DNA of 63,255 bases, the filler included, from Kipferlia bialata (lineage: Eukaryota): the NCBI GenBank assembly GCA_003568945.1. It is 5 parts of 5 records of this genome, joined end to end, with 100 filler letters (N's around TTAATTAATTAA, not from the genome) between each part and the next. Parts side by side here need not be neighbours in the genome. Positions count along the whole stretch, not along the records: positions 16,819 to 33,531 come from BDIP01000582.1; positions 33,632 to 50,334 come from BDIP01000584.1; 3 more parts are not named here. The stretch is one strand, 5' to 3'. Shown here piece after piece: positions 25,190 through 37,329 of this stretch (position 1 is its first letter; each line of letters opens with the position of its first letter). Position numbers and translations under genes: made by a program. The notes below the pieces were generated by a model. That model made no database searches. It saw only the letters and a program-made list of their open reading frames with translations, and was not told where the DNA came from.

Positions 25190-28100
25190 ATGCGGTGTCA
25201 GGCATGCGGACTGCTGCTAGCCGGGGACGACGCATCCTGCCCCTCCTGTGGTACCTATGTGCAGCAAGAGCATGCCTTTGAGGGCGTCGATGTCGTCAAC
25301 GAGGTATTGTACTCACGCATATGGTATTGCCCTCTCTGAGTCACTGACTCCCAGGTCGACATCAACTACGGCACCTTCGGCCGTGCCCTCAGCCTGGCCA
25401 GGGCCAAGGGCAAGGGCACCAGCCAGTCCCGCAGGGGTCGCAAGACTGGTCCCAGAGGCTCGTCCCGGAACAGGTCTGGTGGGTACCGGGTGGACGATGC
25501 GTTCCAGACAGCTGCTGACACCACGTGTGCCCTGGTGTGTGCCGGGCTGGGGCTGGATCTAGACACAGGACCATCGGGGACGGCGTGTGTGCGTGCCGAG
25601 TGCGCCCGCATCGTCAGGGTGTGGAGGCACTGGGCAGGGGCCATGCGCACTCACTATGGGTTCCCCCCGCTGACCCGACATGCCCTGGGGGACGGGGGGG
25701 TCAGTGTGGACGTGCAGTACCGAGCCGCGGCTGCCTTTGGTATGGTAGGCAAAGGAGACGCTCCCCTGGGGGTGGGGTTCAGCCCCTCTCTGGCCCAGTC
25801 CGGCCTGGTGCTGCCCGTCGCCCTGTGCTGTCCCGGTCCAATTACCTGTCTGGCCATGGCTGTGCTGGCCTTCCACTGTGTAGGGTATGCCCTGTCCCCT
25901 TTCGAGGTCATTGGCCTGGTGCGGCAGGGCACCGTCCCGCTGGCCGTGCTGTCCTCTGCTGACCTGTCAGGCACATCGGCCCAAGGGGGGGCACGGCTGA
26001 TGGGAGGGGGGAGGGGGGACATGTACACACACGGGGCCCTGTCGAGGGAGGTAGCCTGTCTGGCCTTCTGTCTGCGTCTCTCTCCCTCTAGGCCCATCTG
26101 TGTGTGCACAGCCGTGTGCCGCATGCTCCGTGTGTCGGGGGAGGTGCCCCCTGGGATGTGCCGCCACATGGCCTCCCACTTCTGTGTGGAGGGGTGTCCA
26201 GTGCATAGTCATAGGTCACCCTCTGCACAGATGGCAGAGGGGGCTGGGATGGATACCCAAGGTTGGGACAGACTGATGGGGTCTCTGGCAGGGGGAGGCA
26301 GGGAGAGAGAGTCAGCTGCACGTACGGGTGTGGATACCTCTTCTGGAAGCGAAGGGGAGCAGGTACGCGATTCTATATATGTGTTTTCTCTTATGTGTAT
26401 ATCTCAGTATGTCATATGTATATAGCCGTGATGTGTCATTGTCGGTGTATCTGAGTACGTGTCCCTCTGACCTCCAGCCTCCACCCCGGCCCAGGGCCAT
26501 GCCCTCTGCCGAGTTCGGGTGCTCCACTGTGCTCCCTGTCCATCTGTGCTCTGTCCCACCGAGGCCTGGTTCAGTGTCAGTGGCAGTGACTAGATGCGGC
26601 ACTGGGTCTGGGTCTCAGGGCCCCTCTTATGAACATGGCGCAGGACAAGCAAGACGGGCCATACGCACCACGTCAGCCCTCTGCCGAGACGCGTACCGGA
26701 TACCTGGGAGGGTATCAGTCAGGGGGTCCCTAGTGCCTAGGGTGGGGAGGGGTGTGGACCGAGAGGCCCCGGTTCCCTATCCCGTGGTCAGTGTCCATGA
26801 CACTGACGGGCAAGGAGAGACAGGGAGAGAGTCTGGATCGGGAGATGAGGGGCACCCCGTCCCCCATGTCCCTGACTATGCCCAGCCCCCTAGGTCTCAG
26901 CCTGTACTGTGGGTGGAGGACACCCCTCTCGCCAGCTGTGTACCCAGTAGGGGTGCTCATGGCATGGGGGGAGGGGTGGTGTACGGGTCCCACCATTTGT
27001 ATGCTCTGGGGTGTGTGGCCCTGGCCCTCCATGCATATGCATGTGCATATGCTGACACGCTTTGCACCGCAGGGGAGGGATCCCCTCCTCACCCACCCAC
27101 AGGGCATGTGTCCATACAGCAGTCCTCTGTATGTCATCCCTCTGCCTCTGCCTCTGCCTCTGCCTCTGCCTCTTTGGTAGGCCTAGCACCCCACCTCTCC
27201 CAGGCCCCTCAGTCGCACTTGCGCGCTCTTCTCTCTGGCTATTCCACATTGCGCCATGCCTCGGCGGTACCCTCTGCCTCTACCACCCATGCCCCCCCTA
27301 GGCCGGGTATGCCTAGGGTGGGTGGGGGTGGGGGTGTGGGAGGGGGTGCCTCCTTCACAGACGAGGAGCCCCCGGCAGACTATCAGACCGTCTTCCGCAG
27401 TCTGTTTGAGACAGCCCTGCACAGACAAGAGCAGCATCAGCACACACAGGGGCCACCCCCACCGAGGATGGCTGGGGATGGGCCTGGATGTGTCAGTGGG
27501 TATGGGGGGTCTGAGGGGGGTGGGGAGGCAGCAGGTCCGGCCCTCGGTGTCAGTGTGGGATCCCTGAGTGCAAAGGGAGCAGGGGGGGTCCGGTCAGCAC
27601 GTCACGACGGGCATAGGATGAAGCATGAGACGAAGGGTGTCTGTGGTAGCACCGGTGCCAGAGGAAGGGGCTTCATGGGGTTCAGGTCGTTCCGCGGTTC
27701 CATGTTCCGAGGGCTGGAGCAATCCTTCCAGACCATAAGCGCCGCACACACACCCACCCACCCACACAGGCTGGGAGACGCTCTGGGCATTACATCCAGT
27801 ATCGGTGCACAGGCCGGGGCCTTAAGAGTGTCTGTCCACCAAGGGGGTGACACCGGGAGTGTCAGTGCTGTCTCTACCCCTCAAGACACTGTGCAGACAG
27901 CACATACCCATGGGGGCGTGGGTGGGGTCGACCCCTCAGGCCCTGTCCCCCCTGGTCTGGTTAAGGTGTGTGCCTCCCTATCCCTAGGCATGTCTCGCCA
28001 AGGGGGGCTGGGGCTGGGGCTAGGGGTGGCCCTGCAGACAATGGGAGAGGTCGCCGCGTTGCTCAGCACTCCCAACACGACTGGGACTGGGACACACATA

Positions 28101-28364
28101 TCTGGGGCAGGTACCACCTCCAGTGATGATCATGACTTGGTGATGCCTACTCACCCTCATCCTCGACCTAGTGTGGATGGTAGTGCCGCGGGGACTGGCT
28201 CACGGGCCGGAGACCCCCTTGCCTACCCCCATGAGGACTCAGATGTATATGACCCCAGCGATAGTGACTCTGTGTATGAATACAGCGGGGACGACGCTGG
28301 CTGCTCTAGCTCTGAGTCCTCTGATACCCTGTCTCTGTCTGTGTCCGATGGGTTCCCTGAATGA
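25190..28364 (+). CDS. Putative TAF1B/Rrn7-like (TFIIB-related RNA polymerase I factor) with long low-complexity C-terminus; exons 25190-25303, 25355-26362, 26478-28364
   Basis: The three exons join in phase 0. N-terminal Zn ribbon MRCQAC..SCPSCG, then DAFQ..VWRHW and TCLAMAVLAFHCVGYALSPFEVIGLVRQGTVP, which resemble the Rrn7/TAF1B cyclin-fold helices. The CDS itself is well supported; the family call is tentative. Confidence 0.55.
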
Positions 28365-29171
28365 TACTGGTACAGATGCATGTTATCAGGTATTCCACTG
28401 TCACGCACCCAGTGTATGGAGTGTATTCATGGGACCCATGTCTCTGTGAGGTATATATATGCCTGATTGTGACTGATCCATGGTCCCACCTCCCATTGTC
28501 TCATGGAGGAATGCGTGTCATACTCCTAGTAGTTTGTACTCTGTCGGTGCTATTATCGCGTTACATATTGATTTTTCTTTCTTACCTTAATTTACGTCTC
28601 TATTTTACCCCCCGTTGTATTAAATCGTGCGTCCTGCTATTCTGCATTGGTCATAGGCATATACTCATAGTCTGAGTCAACCTGTCATATAGTAATCTGT
28701 CGTATACTACCAAGGCTAATTCACCATTTTACCACCACCACCACCACACATGACAATGTTTGGAAATACATCTGTGGTGATCAGTAGTAACAGCATCATC
28801 GTAGTCGTGTTGACTGCTCCATGTAGGCCTTGTAGGGCAAGATAGGCCTGTGCCTCTACCTCTAACCCGGCAGACAACCGCTGAGAATGCTGAGAATGCT
28901 GATAGTAGTATAGTCTATTGCTCCCTCATAGCACAATAATGAATGTGAAACCTGGCTACAGGAGGTCAAAAAAGACATGTGGGCCTCTCTTCACAGGCTC
29001 CCCCCTTGCGCAATATCGAATGTGTGCCCTGAGAGCAGCAAAGCCCAGTGTACCATACTCATGGCACTCTTGACACACATATTTCGCATGGTCTGACATT
29101 ACCAATTTACACCCTTATTCAAAAAACTTGTTATACCGTGAATAGACACCGTGTTCCTGTCCTTTATTAAG

Positions 29172-31392
29172 ATGCAATTTGCACGCGTCGCATATACTCT
29201 GTCCTTCACCCTTGCCCTGGTGTTTGTGGTGTTGTCCGGGTCTGCCCTGGCCTCCAGCCTCTGCAGTCTGGTAGGGGTCTGTATATACATGACATGGCCT
29301 TGGTGTATACTTGGTTCAATTGTGCATATATTCAGTTCCTCTTTTCGGTATCGTCATTAACTCATTCCAATCGACTAATGATAGGGCTGGCCCAGCGCTC
29401 TGTTTGATGGTCTGACCGTCTGTACCTCCAGCATCGGGTGGGCAATGGGTGAGTGTGGCGGGTATCAATGGGAGATGAGTCATAGTTAGTAGTTGAGATA
29501 GTTGATTGGTCAGTGCCCCCCCCCCCCCCCCGCATGAGTATAAGTACACACATGTAGACAGCACTGTCTGCGGATATACTAGTGCTTCCATTGGGTGCCT
29601 GCCTCCTGTGGTCTGACCCCAGCCATGCGTCTCTCCATGACCTATGCCGTGTACCACGCCCTGCTCACCCTCCTCACAGCCGGGGCCTCTGGTGACCACT
29701 CCGTCACTCTCTTCAAGGCCTTCCACAGGAGGTGGTTCTTCTGGAAGAACCTCATTCTGGTGGGTGTCTGTTCATATATGTTTTGGTATGTACTCTGGTG
29801 TCCGTGTGCGTACATACATCTAGCCTTGTGTCCGTGTCTCTCTCCCCCTTTGGGCGTCTGACCCCAGGCCGGCGGGGCCTTTGGGTCCATGTTCATCGGC
29901 AACACCTTCTTCTCGTCCTCCTATGTATACATCTCCTATGTGGGCAGTGCCGTGTTCCTCGTGTGTCAGATGGTGCTGCTCCTGCTCCTGGCCTACAGGT
30001 ATCCGGATATGCATACACTATGTATACACTATATATACACTGTATATACACTATATATACAGGTACCTTTGATGCATACGCATGTGTGTGCTACAACATG
30101 TATACACACATACCCTGTACAAACACATGTACATACACGATCATCGTACCCACCCCAGGCTGACCATTGCGGTATCCAGCGCCAAGGTCCCTGCCCTCAA
30201 CATCCTCTATCTCGCAGTGTCCTTCGGCCTCTACGGATTCGGTCTGTTCCTGAAGGTAAGAGGCTGATGTGCAGATATGGATATTCATCCCTCTATATCT
30301 ATTGGGGTGTCCATATCTCTCAACGTGTTAGTGCCGGTATATGGTGGGTACCAGACCCCGACCCTGACCCCATGTCATGAACATTGTTTAAGTTTAATGT
30401 TTGCATATTTGTACATTCACTACCTATATATATACCTATATATACCTATATATATATTCATACCTATATACCCCCCCCCCTCCCCACCCTCAGGTCATGA
30501 ACATTGTGTGGCACCACTCCGAGGACACCCGCTCTGTGGTTGTGTGCGGTGTGTCCATGGCCCTTGACATCCTGGCCCTGGTCCTGTCCCTTACCTCGGG
30601 GTCCGGGGCTGCCCTGCCCCCTGGTGTCTGGGCAGCAGTGACAGGTATCAGGGGCAGTATCAGTATCACAACATATGTGGTATCAGTTTCAGTATCCCAT
30701 CACTTATGGTGTCTGGGCAGCAGTGACATTGGCAGACTGATACCCCATGATACCGCTGACTGACACTCTCAGGTGTGTACATCAGCCAGGGTGTGTACTC
30801 CGCTGTGGGTGCCGCCCCCTGGGCCTGGTGGCTCCCCACCCTGTCCTGGACCATCTCCATCCTGCTGGTGGTGACTGTGTTCCTGGTCTGCATGTCCGAG
30901 ATGTCCTTCGACCCTCTCTTCGATGCCGGGGAGTGTGACCTAGACGAGATGGAGGGGCTCGACTCAGAGGTGAGGGGTGAATGCCATGTATACTTCTACC
31001 CTTGTACCTGTCTGTGTGAGTGTCTCTACCCCCAGGACGATGACGACGAGGACAGTGACACCGTATCCTACCACTACTTCATGTACCACCTGGTCATGAC
31101 CGTGGCCTCTCTCTTCATGCCATTCTCCGTATCAGGCTCAGGCACAGGGGCCACCCAGACCTGGGACTTCTGGGTCATGTGTGGGGGTGCCCTGCTCACG
31201 GGGCTGCTCTTCTCCTGGACCCTATCGGCACCAAGGCTCTTCCCCCACAGTACGACATGTAGACTAGCATACCCACCCCTGATTCTTTCCCAATACACCC
31301 ACATCCACAGACCGTCTCTCTCCTTATATACCCATATTTCTTCTGTTGCTCTCTAACCATCAGGGACCTTTGGTCAGAAGTCGCTGTACTAG
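29172..31392 (+). CDS. SERINC: SERINC/TMS1 family multi-pass membrane protein
   Basis: AMRLSMTYAVYH, FHRRWFFWK, GSAVFLVCQMVLLL, acidic loop then SYHYFMYHLVMTVASLF, FWV..LLFSWTLSAPRLFPH|RTF; these match the SERINC terminal pattern YSFFH..LASLY..WTLVAP..RDF. Confidence 0.85.
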
Positions 31393-31783
31393 ATCTAAGC
31401 CTGGGTAGTAACCACGTGGTGTGAACTGTTTTGCTGTCCTAAGGGGTTCGACACGGATATGTTCAGCATTATTAGATGTCTTTTGTACTTCAGTTGAGTG
31501 AGGCAGATCGATAGCCCAATTGGAGTAATTCTTCTAGTGTAGTTATAACCAGTTGTTGGTCTATTAGGTCTACGCGTTGAGACTCAAAGAAAGAGTAGGA
31601 CACAACGTCCGTTAACTATCATGCACACAACGGTGATATAGAGTTTGTGAGCGCAGTGAGGGAGTGTTCGAGTTCGTATACCATGATGATTTCTGTCTAT
31701 TCGTATACCAACTTGGTGGAATCCAATTTTTGATCGAAGGGTTCAGAGACAGATCTGTTAGATCAGCGTCTCCTCTGAAGTAT

Positions 31784-33016
31784 ATGGCTGCCTCCACTGC
31801 TAGAAAGTCATCAAAGTCCTCACAGAAGAAGGCTAAGGCGGGGATGAAGGCCAGGAACAACCTCCAGAGGCTCTTGGTCTCCCCAAGCAAGCGGGCTGGC
31901 CCCAAGAAGGGTAGAAAGAGGACTTCAACCTCAAAGGCTTCTTCTAAGGGGGCTGCTAAGGTTGTGGTCGTCAAGAAGACTAAGCCTGTTCGTTCGGTCC
32001 CCAGGGTGCGTGAGGAGCGGTATGTACCTGTGTTGACCGAGGACTATCACTTCTATCCTCTTGGTGACCTTCTGAAGCATGTGTTCAAGTCCGCCTTCTT
32101 CTGCGGCACAGAGTGGTCCATGATCCCCTCTCTCCGCTCCAAGGAGTGGAGCTTTACGGAGCTTGGCCGGGATATGTCGGAGGGAGGGCTTCTGTACTCC
32201 AAGCTGCAGGCTGACCCTGCCCTCCGCATCTACCTGATCCCCACCACCGAGGGGTTCCTGCCCGAGGGGCTGAAGAAGTCTGACGTGGGCATGACCGTGG
32301 TGCCTGTGTTTGGGGTTGTGGTCACTGCCCAGCCCCTGCCCGATGTCATTGGCATCAAGAGTGTGCAGAGGGACACCGAGGAGCTGCTCCCCATGAGCCG
32401 GATGAAGGCCTCCTATGCAGACGTGGGGGTGCCAGGTCTCGAGGGCCGGGTGCTTGTGCTGACCACGGCCACCAGGGCGGCCAGGGCCAAGCTGTTCGAT
32501 GCCGAGACCGACGGCATGTACACATACGCCACCCCCTACCTGGAGACCCCCACGCTGCTGAGGAGCAGGATGAACGTCCTCAAGGAGAAGCCCTACACCT
32601 TCACCCTGACCCTGAGCGACCAGACCCGGCATGTCAAGTACGACCCCGACTTCGATGAGATGCCCGAGGCAGCCCCAGACATGGTGGAGGAGTCGTTTGG
32701 CCTGAAGAAGGACCACCCCGAGTTCAAGGCCATGTGCGACACCCTGGAGGCAGCCTGTGCCAAGGCCATGGCAGAGCAGAGCCCGGAGCGGAAGCAGGAG
32801 GAGGCCCAGCTCAGGGCCCGCATGAAGGAGATGCAGAGGACTGGGGAGTACGACAGGATCAACGCCATTGAGACGTACAAGTACTACGGCCTCAGCTCCT
32901 CCATCAAGCTCGACATGACCCACCGGTCCACTGTCCTCAACCGGTACCTCCCCGACGCCTCTGCCATCTTCCCAGCCCCTGTCCAGGTGGAGGAGGACGC
33001 CTTTCCAATGATGTGA
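31784..33016 (+). CDS. Intronless HIT4 (HEAT INTOLERANT 4)-like protein with basic N-terminal extension
   Basis: About 410-aa ORF with strong GC3 bias. AFFCGTEW, EGGLLY, PDVIGIKSVQRDTEELLPMSRMK, YKYY and LNRY are collinear with recalled plant HIT4 motifs FPVGTEW, EGGKLY, DKIGITSVQREVEEIIPMKKMK, YKFY and INRY. Confidence 0.75.
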   Translation: MAASTARKSSKSSQKKAKAGMKARNNLQRLLVSPSKRAGPKKGRKRTSTSKASSKGAAKVVVVKKTKPVRSVPRVREERYVPVLTEDYHFYPLGDLLKHVFKSAFFCGTEWSMIPSLRSKEWSFTELGRDMSEGGLLYSKLQADPALRIYLIPTTEGFLPEGLKKSDVGMTVVPVFGVVVTAQPLPDVIGIKSVQRDTEELLPMSRMKASYADVGVPGLEGRVLVLTTATRAARAKLFDAETDGMYTYATPYLETPTLLRSRMNVLKEKPYTFTLTLSDQTRHVKYDPDFDEMPEAAPDMVEESFGLKKDHPEFKAMCDTLEAACAKAMAEQSPERKQEEAQLRARMKEMQRTGEYDRINAIETYKYYGLSSSIKLDMTHRSTVLNRYLPDASAIFPAPVQVEEDAFPMM

Positions 33017-33531
33017 GGAATGTAGGGTCTCCTCCCTCTTCCCTTACTCTTATCCTGTGTTGTCCTCTTATGTTTGTGTATTTTGTGTCTCTAGTTCGTG
33101 ACAACATAATATAGAGTATCCCACTGTGACTACGGCTCATCACTATACGATAAGTATGTTTTGGAACTTCGTATAGAGTAGATCTATGGTATGTATTCTG
33201 GAGGGAGTTAGATTACTTGCAATAGCTCCCATGTTTTCACCACTAATGCCAATATTCAGTAAAGTCGCGATAGACTAGGGGACTAGTTGGGTGTGTTCTG
33301 AGACAGTAGAACATATGTCACTCTATCTACCTGTAAGATCAGTTGGTCTGAGACTCTGAGCCAGCGGCCACGCACAGAAGTAAATAGGGGTCTAGCCCCG
33401 AAGGGGCTGACTGGGAGCCGCGGGAGGAGCCCCGAGGAACCGTCCGCCAGGAGCGAGATGGCCAGCCTTGGGGCAGCTCGATGTGCACTGTGGGAGCGGC
33501 AGTGACCAGCAGTTCGGGTGTGAAGAACACC

Positions 33532-33631
33532 NNNNNNNNNNNNNNNNNNNNNNNNNNNNNNNNNNNNNNNNNNNNTTAATTAATTAANNNNNNNNNNNNN
33601 NNNNNNNNNNNNNNNNNNNNNNNNNNNNNNN
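33532..33631. other. Artificial contig-join spacer
   Basis: 100-bp N/TTAATTAATTAA/N. Confidence 0.98.
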
Positions 33632-33669
33632 ATGTAGTGTTCTATTATGCTATGTATGTATTGGCACAG

Positions 33670-35100
33670 GCCAGGAGGGCAGAGGCTGAGGCCGCCAGGG
33701 ATTAGGTGTGTATAGTAGTATCATATATAGTATACTATTATGCTGTATATAGATTGGTACAGAGCAGGAGAGTAGAGGCCGCGAGGGATAAGGTACACGT
33801 TTATGCTACTATTCGTACTTGCTGGGAATATGGTATACCAATTTGGGAGACCCCTTTGTTATCCCCATATTGGGCCATCTCTCACTTACATCTACTCACC
33901 CCAGGCCCTGCGTGATGCGGCTGCAGTGACTGAGAGGGACAGCAAGAGGGGCAGGAGACAGTCAGCTGCAGTCAACCAGAACGAGGTGGGACCCTGTCTC
34001 TGTATATCCCCATGCTCTCTGTGTATATCAACGTCATCTCTCTCTCTCTCTTTCTAAGTAAAGACACTTCTAAATCCTCACCCCCAGACCGATGTGACTC
34101 GTGCCTCTGCCGATGTTGTGGCCATGTCGGATGACCTGATAGCAGCAGAGCACGAGGTGGAGGAGGAGAGAGAGAGGGCAGAGGGGGTCAAGGCACAGGC
34201 GGCACTCGCCAGGGAGAAGGTAGGAACCATACTAATATATACATGCCATACTAACAAATAACATTCTTCAGTTTCACACTCTCTTACTATTGGTGTCTCT
34301 CTATACATGTATCTCACCGCAGATGAAGACCCTGACTGCCCAGCTGCAGAGTGAGAGAGAGAGGTGCGGCAAGGAGCTGAGAGAGTCAGAGAGAGAGCTG
34401 CAGAGGCTAGAGAGAGAGAGAGACAGGGCCAAGGCCAGGGCCAGAGAGTCAGAGACCGACGCCAAGGAGGGGGAGCAGAAGGTGGGGGGGCATGTATACA
34501 TACATATTTGTATGTCTGTTTGTATATGAATTTACCTCTCAACTCCAGGCCCTAGAGGCCACCCTTCTGGCTGAGAACAAGGCCAGAATGCATGCAGACC
34601 TGGTGCAGAGGAGTCACGGTGAGGGTCTTGTGTATATATATATATACATATATACTATTGTCTGAGCTGCAACTGACTCCTCAGGTGCCGCTGCCTCGTT
34701 GAATGAGAAGAGGACACAGGAGGATACACTGCTCAGAGAGAGGTACGTATAGACTCTCCCTGTCCATTGTATGAGTCATTGAGTGTGTATACACAAACTC
34801 ACCCCAGGTGTAAGCCAGCAACTGCCAGCCGCGACGACCTGGGTGCCCTGCGTGACCTAGAGGCCCAGTATGCAGCCAGGGCCATGGAGGTGGAGAGGGA
34901 GATGGCACAGGCAGAGGTATGAAATGTAGTGTATACACATATCACTCTCCCCTCTCCCCTCATCCCAGGTGTCTCTGTCTGACACCATGAGGACAGAGGC
35001 AGCTGCCTGGGACAGAGAGAGGCAGGACATGCAGCGCCGGATAGCAGAGGCCCTGGCCAGTACCAGACAGACACAGGGGGGTGCAGGCCACCCATTCTGA
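33670..35100 (+). CDS. Hypothetical coiled-coil protein, 3' part (multi-exon)
   Basis: GT-AG-bounded exons rich in E/R/A heptads (MKTLTAQLQSERERCGKELRESERELQRLERE); last exon ends TGA 35100. Confidence 0.7.
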
Positions 35101-35393
35101 GTGGTGTAGGGCGTTGCCTGTGTTACTGGGTCGTGTCAAGTGTGTTGTGTATGAGTATTTCATAGTTTTGCAGTGTTGTTTAGAAGAGGGATAGTTATAA
35201 TAGACCATTGTTCCCCATGATGTCTTGTATTTATGTGTCGACAGTGGGTTCTGTGTTACACGATGGGTTCAATTGCTTCCAAACAGCTCTGACAAGTTGA
35301 CTGAGACAAATCAAAAACATCAAATTAGGGGTTTGTTGCCAATTCATGCCAAGACTGACCTGTCCTTTAGACGGCTAAGACTGTGTGTGGTGC

Positions 35394-36887
35394 ATGCAGT
35401 TTAGCCAGGGTTGGATGGGTCCAGCTGTGGATCAGGGCCAGGCTGGGCGGCAAGTTCAGCCGCACTTTGGCCATGCATACCCCGGCAATCCCCGGCCTGT
35501 GTCCCATGATTTAGGCCAACAGCATGAGTGGCCCCAGGCACCCAGGCAGGCAATGAGGGATCCACGCTCACACCCACACCAGCAGCCCCAGGCCGTGTCT
35601 GGGATGTGGCAGGGAGGGCAGCGGGTATCAGGCAGGGAAAGAGAGGCATATCCCCCTGTGCCTACACAGATGTCACAGATGCCCCCCTTCCCACCACACA
35701 CCATGTACGGAGGTGCTCAGTTCCAGTACCCCCAGCAGTATGCGATGCGGTCGTACCCCCAGGGACAGCCCGTGCCCCAGCGTGTCTATCCCAGCTCAGT
35801 GCCAGCTGGATTTGGTCGTGGTTTCACCCCTGTGCCGCAACAGCTTGCCCAGCAGGCCCAGATGGCACAGCTACCCCCCAGATACCCATACTCTGGAGAC
35901 GGCATGCAGCGTCCCACTGGGCGTATGAGCACTGGTCACGGCCAGCCGCAACCCCAGGGGTACATGCCCTATGGGTCTGTTCCTGCCCCTGCCCCTGTGC
36001 GTGCACCCTCACCCCCTGTCCAGGCCAGGCAGGTGGCGGCTCCACAGGCCGCAAGTGACTCTGCCGCTGCCTCCTTTGCGCTGAACCTGGCCATGCCGGA
36101 CTCCACAGGGTATGAGTCCGGCAGGGAGGATGGCATCCTCTCAGCCCGGTCAGGTCACTCTCTCTCCTCTGCCGGGGACTCCTCGGCCCCAGATGCAGGG
36201 TCTCCGGAGCTCATGCTGCCGGACTTTCTATCTATGCCTCCCCCCTCCCTCACCCCATCTCGCGGTAGGGACTATGGGGGGGACACCAAGGGTGAGACAC
36301 CCAGTGCTTTCTACAACCCATTTGATGGGCGCCCTAGGGCTGGCTCAGAGATTGTGCGCTCCTCTGAGCCCATGTATGGTGATGGCACTGGTTCTGGCGG
36401 GTCAGACTTCTCCCTGGACCTCTCCCTGCCCTCCATCTTCTCAGGGTCTATCTCCCAGCCTGGATCGAGTAGGGGACAGAAGCAGAGGTCGGTCAGAGAC
36501 ACACACCCTGCCCCCTTCGCCTCTGCCAGGGGCACCCGTCCCCCTCCTCAGGCAGGTGCTACTGTCGTGGGAGGAGAACAGGGTGCTAGGCGTGCGTCGG
36601 ACTCCATGCATGTGCCGTATACCCATGGTCTTTCTCAGGAGGCCATGAGGCCCTGTCTCAAGGAGGGTGTGTATAGCACCCTGGATGATGCCCAGGAGGA
36701 AGACCAACCTGCCGATCTAGACACAGGGGAGGACCCTCAGGTGTCCTCTCCTCTTGCAGTGGACACCGTTCCAGTTGTTCCTAATTGTGGCTCTGGTGGG
36801 TCTCACTCCAAGGCCTCGGAGGCAGAGACTGATCTTCCCCTTCTAAAGTGGATCAGATGGGCCAGGGAAGGACCAGGAGAGAAGTGA
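35394..36887 (+). CDS. Hypothetical intronless Pro/Gln/Ser-rich low-complexity protein
   Basis: About 497-codon ORF with exon-like GC content and no intron microsatellites; no recognisable domain. Confidence 0.7.
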   Translation: MQFSQGWMGPAVDQGQAGRQVQPHFGHAYPGNPRPVSHDLGQQHEWPQAPRQAMRDPRSHPHQQPQAVSGMWQGGQRVSGREREAYPPVPTQMSQMPPFPPHTMYGGAQFQYPQQYAMRSYPQGQPVPQRVYPSSVPAGFGRGFTPVPQQLAQQAQMAQLPPRYPYSGDGMQRPTGRMSTGHGQPQPQGYMPYGSVPAPAPVRAPSPPVQARQVAAPQAASDSAAASFALNLAMPDSTGYESGREDGILSARSGHSLSSAGDSSAPDAGSPELMLPDFLSMPPPSLTPSRGRDYGGDTKGETPSAFYNPFDGRPRAGSEIVRSSEPMYGDGTGSGGSDFSLDLSLPSIFSGSISQPGSSRGQKQRSVRDTHPAPFASARGTRPPPQAGATVVGGEQGARRASDSMHVPYTHGLSQEAMRPCLKEGVYSTLDDAQEEDQPADLDTGEDPQVSSPLAVDTVPVVPNCGSGGSHSKASEAETDLPLLKWIRWAREGPGEK

Positions 36888-37329
36888 GATCGTTTCTCCA
36901 CGTGTAAATGTATTGTATTTATCTTGAGTCGTGGACTCATGGACTGTGTTCCACATATTGGATTGCATACTACCACCCCTATCATCGGCCTTGGAACAAC
37001 ACTCTCGCAAACAATTCATTTCTTAGAATAGTCCTCGAATCAGAACCCGAAGGATTGGCGTCATCTTTATATATGCCCCCACAGCCTATCATCACAGAGC
37101 CAAACATTGAGAAAGTCACATAGACCTAATCGAGTCTCAAAAACCAAGGTTCCTGTGAGGGTCCAGGTCAGTAAAATGATGGTTTCATCCAGTTGCAAAG
37201 AAATTGCATTTGACATCCAGCGTTCGCTTTTATTGAAACCGGAGAAACCGGAGGAAATGGAGATTAATCCGAATCTGGAGGCCGAAACCTCAAGGATCGA
37301 CGAACTCTCCTCGTATCCGCTAGCCCGAA

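Noticed and set aside
31931..32923. 330-aa minus-strand ORF (similarly 37442-37927 and 55810-56358)
   Set aside because: Antisense shadows of GC3-rich real genes
33339..33531. GC-rich ORF fragment at the contig end as a transposon
   Set aside because: No recognisable domain or terminal repeat in the ~190 bp available
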